DNA of 60,000 bases from assembly GCF_018350175.1 (NCBI RefSeq), contig NC_058369.1:19160001-19220000 (forward strand). The letters run 5' to 3'. Under the pieces are notes generated by a model, which was given only the letters and a program-made list of their open reading frames with translations, was not told the origin of the DNA and ran no database searches. This document shows positions 57,967 to 60,000 of the stretch, piece after piece; position 1 is the stretch's first letter; every line of letters starts with the position of its first letter. Origin of the DNA: Felis catus (lineage: Eukaryota). The position numbers and the translations under genes are program-made.

Positions 57967-60000
57967 CCATCTGTGTTTCTAACAAATGGCCTGGCAAACA
58001 GTAGGTGCCTATTAAGCGTGTATGGAAAGAATGAGGCTATAGAACACATCCATGAACAGGGATAATTCCAGGGCTGTTGCCTGGGGCTTGGTCTAACTGG
58101 AGAAGGGGTAGCCTGGGATCCTGGTTGGGAAGAGTCTAGTGGTGCCTGTGAATGGAGGGTGGGAGGTTCCTCGGGTGGCTTTGCAAAATGAGCGGCATTT
58201 GCCGCAAAATGAGGGGCAGGTATTGGGGCAGAAAGATCCACTCAGCGAGGGCACTGAAGTAGGAAGGCCTGGCCTGGGGGAGGAGGGTTCACCTCTTTAG
58301 ACTAGCTCTTGGGGTCACACAGACTTAGGTTCAGTACCCAGCTCCACCTAGTGCACTTGTTGAGAAACCCAGTGACAGGTGAAATCCTGGTAGATGTCCT
58401 GTTCCCCATCCATAACTAGGAACAGGATGCCTGCCTGCAGCCACAGGTGTTGTGGGACCATGGGCCAAAGCCTGGGAGTGTGAGAACAAGTGAGAGAGCC
58501 TCTAATGACTCCTACAGAGTTGAGAGTTTCGTGGGGAGGATTCTCCCCAGCCTACAGGCTGACTGGCCCCTTATGGAGGTCCTGGGGAACCCCCTCCCTT
58601 GGCCTCAGGCAGCTGTTCACAGCAAGTGGGGAGACCGAGGTGTGTAGACAATTGGTGCCAGCTGGAGTGATAGACTGTCCTGGGGACCTTAAGCCCAACT
58701 TCTCAGGGCTGAGCTACCTTCTTGGCTGCCTAAGGTTGGGGAGGCGGCTGGGCTCTAGGCACCAGGTGGGCCGGTACCCAGGCGGCCTCCAGCCTCCCTG
58801 TTCTTCCCACAGCTTTCGAGGTCCCGGCTGGAGCTCATTAGCACTTGAATGGGGGTGGGGTAGCTTGGGCCTCCAGTCTCTTCTTCCCACCCCTCCCCCA
58901 GGCTGGGCGAGGCTTTGTCTTCCAGAGCCCGGCCCTGGAGCTCCCACGCTGGGAAGCGAGCGAGGGTCTAAGCCATTTCTGACCCCCTGTGCTTGTGTCT
59001 TGCACAGTCCCACTGGGCTCATCTCCTGCCCGTGACCCTAATGTTGGTGCAGACAACAGGAGAAATCAGACTTCTAGGATAGGAGTGGAACTGGGTCCTT
59101 CAGGGGTACCCCAAGCCAGGAGACTGGGTGAATCTTTGCAAAAGGAATTGATGGCTTTGCAAAGGAATTGATGCTGGAACTCAGCTGCAGGCATCCCAGG
59201 AGGGTGGGGTGGAGAACCCCAGACAGGGCAGAGAGCAGGTGGCAAGGATAGAGGGAATGAGCTGCCACCATAGTTGGAGATGGAAGTTATGCCAGCTGGG
59301 GAGCACAGGCTTCTGTGCCAGGCCCTGAGGCAGCATCGAGCCACCCACTGTGCTGAGTTGGAGGCTAGGCTGCCAGATGGGGGTTGGCATGGTCAGGGAC
59401 CCCTTCAGGCCTGGGCAGCCTGTCAGGGGTTAACCCTGGGCTGGCCTGAGCTGCAGGGTCACTGGGTAGCATTATTGGTGTCCTAGGCCTGCAGACGTTG
59501 CCCAGCAAGTGACAGCAGGTAGGGTTGGGGCCTGATTGGATCCTGGGGAGGTCCCTAGTAAGCCAGCAGCACTGCAGAGGCTGGCACTTGGGGTGGCTTG
59601 GGCCACAGGTTGGTGCGCACAGCAGTCTCTCTTGGTCTCTGTCTCTCAAAGCCACCCATTCTTTTGGCAGGAATAGGATGGAAGAAGCTTTGTCCACATT
59701 AGCTCTTAGCCACTGAGGGACCAGGGCCTTGCTCCATCACATCCTCAGCAGAGGATGAGACGTTCTGACCTGGAGGCTGAGTGCTGCCCCGCCCCCCCCC
59801 CAACACCCCTTTGTGCTTTGGGAGGCAGGACTGGACAGATGGGAGCAGGGCCATCTGTCCCATCTTCTCAGCATCTTGGGACAGGAGTCCTAATCTAGGA
59901 ATTCATTGAGGAGGAAGGGGTCAACAGGTTCTGGCCAGGCCACAGCTCATGGGCTCTGCCTAAGAATCCATTTCAGGGTTCCTGAAGAGGGCAGAGGACT

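Noticed and set aside
59833..59860. 10-bp stem hairpin GGACAGATGG...CCATCTGTCC
   Set aside because: Too short for a pre-miRNA and within chance expectation for 60 kb.

Overview
GC-rich mammalian genomic DNA, most likely a cat or other felid given the SINEC_Fc-type Can-SINEs. It is orthologous to the human 3p21.3 block SEMA3F-GNAT1-SLC38A3-GNAI2, with all four genes on the + strand. The window holds the last 17 coding exons of SEMA3F, the complete GNAT1 CDS (8 coding exons, 350 aa, plus a 3'-UTR intron), the complete SLC38A3 CDS (15 coding exons, 504 aa) and the first coding exon of GNAI2. All exons were joined by hand with GT-AG boundaries and consistent phase. The rest is introns, CpG-rich promoters, Can-SINEs, MIR/L2 relics and old DNA transposon or LTR fragments. 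I found no convincing novel multi-gene system. The best leads are an 8-nt candidate poison microexon in SLC38A3, a same-strand ~30-bp-periodic TGGAAA array in the last SEMA3F intron, a SINE-in-SINE-in-transposon nest forming an inverted repeat, candidate CRX, HNF4, FOX:ETS and CTCF elements, and a few unusual residues (GNAT1 H191; SLC38A3 N52 and V63). Repeat family names and comparisons to other species are from memory and need database confirmation.
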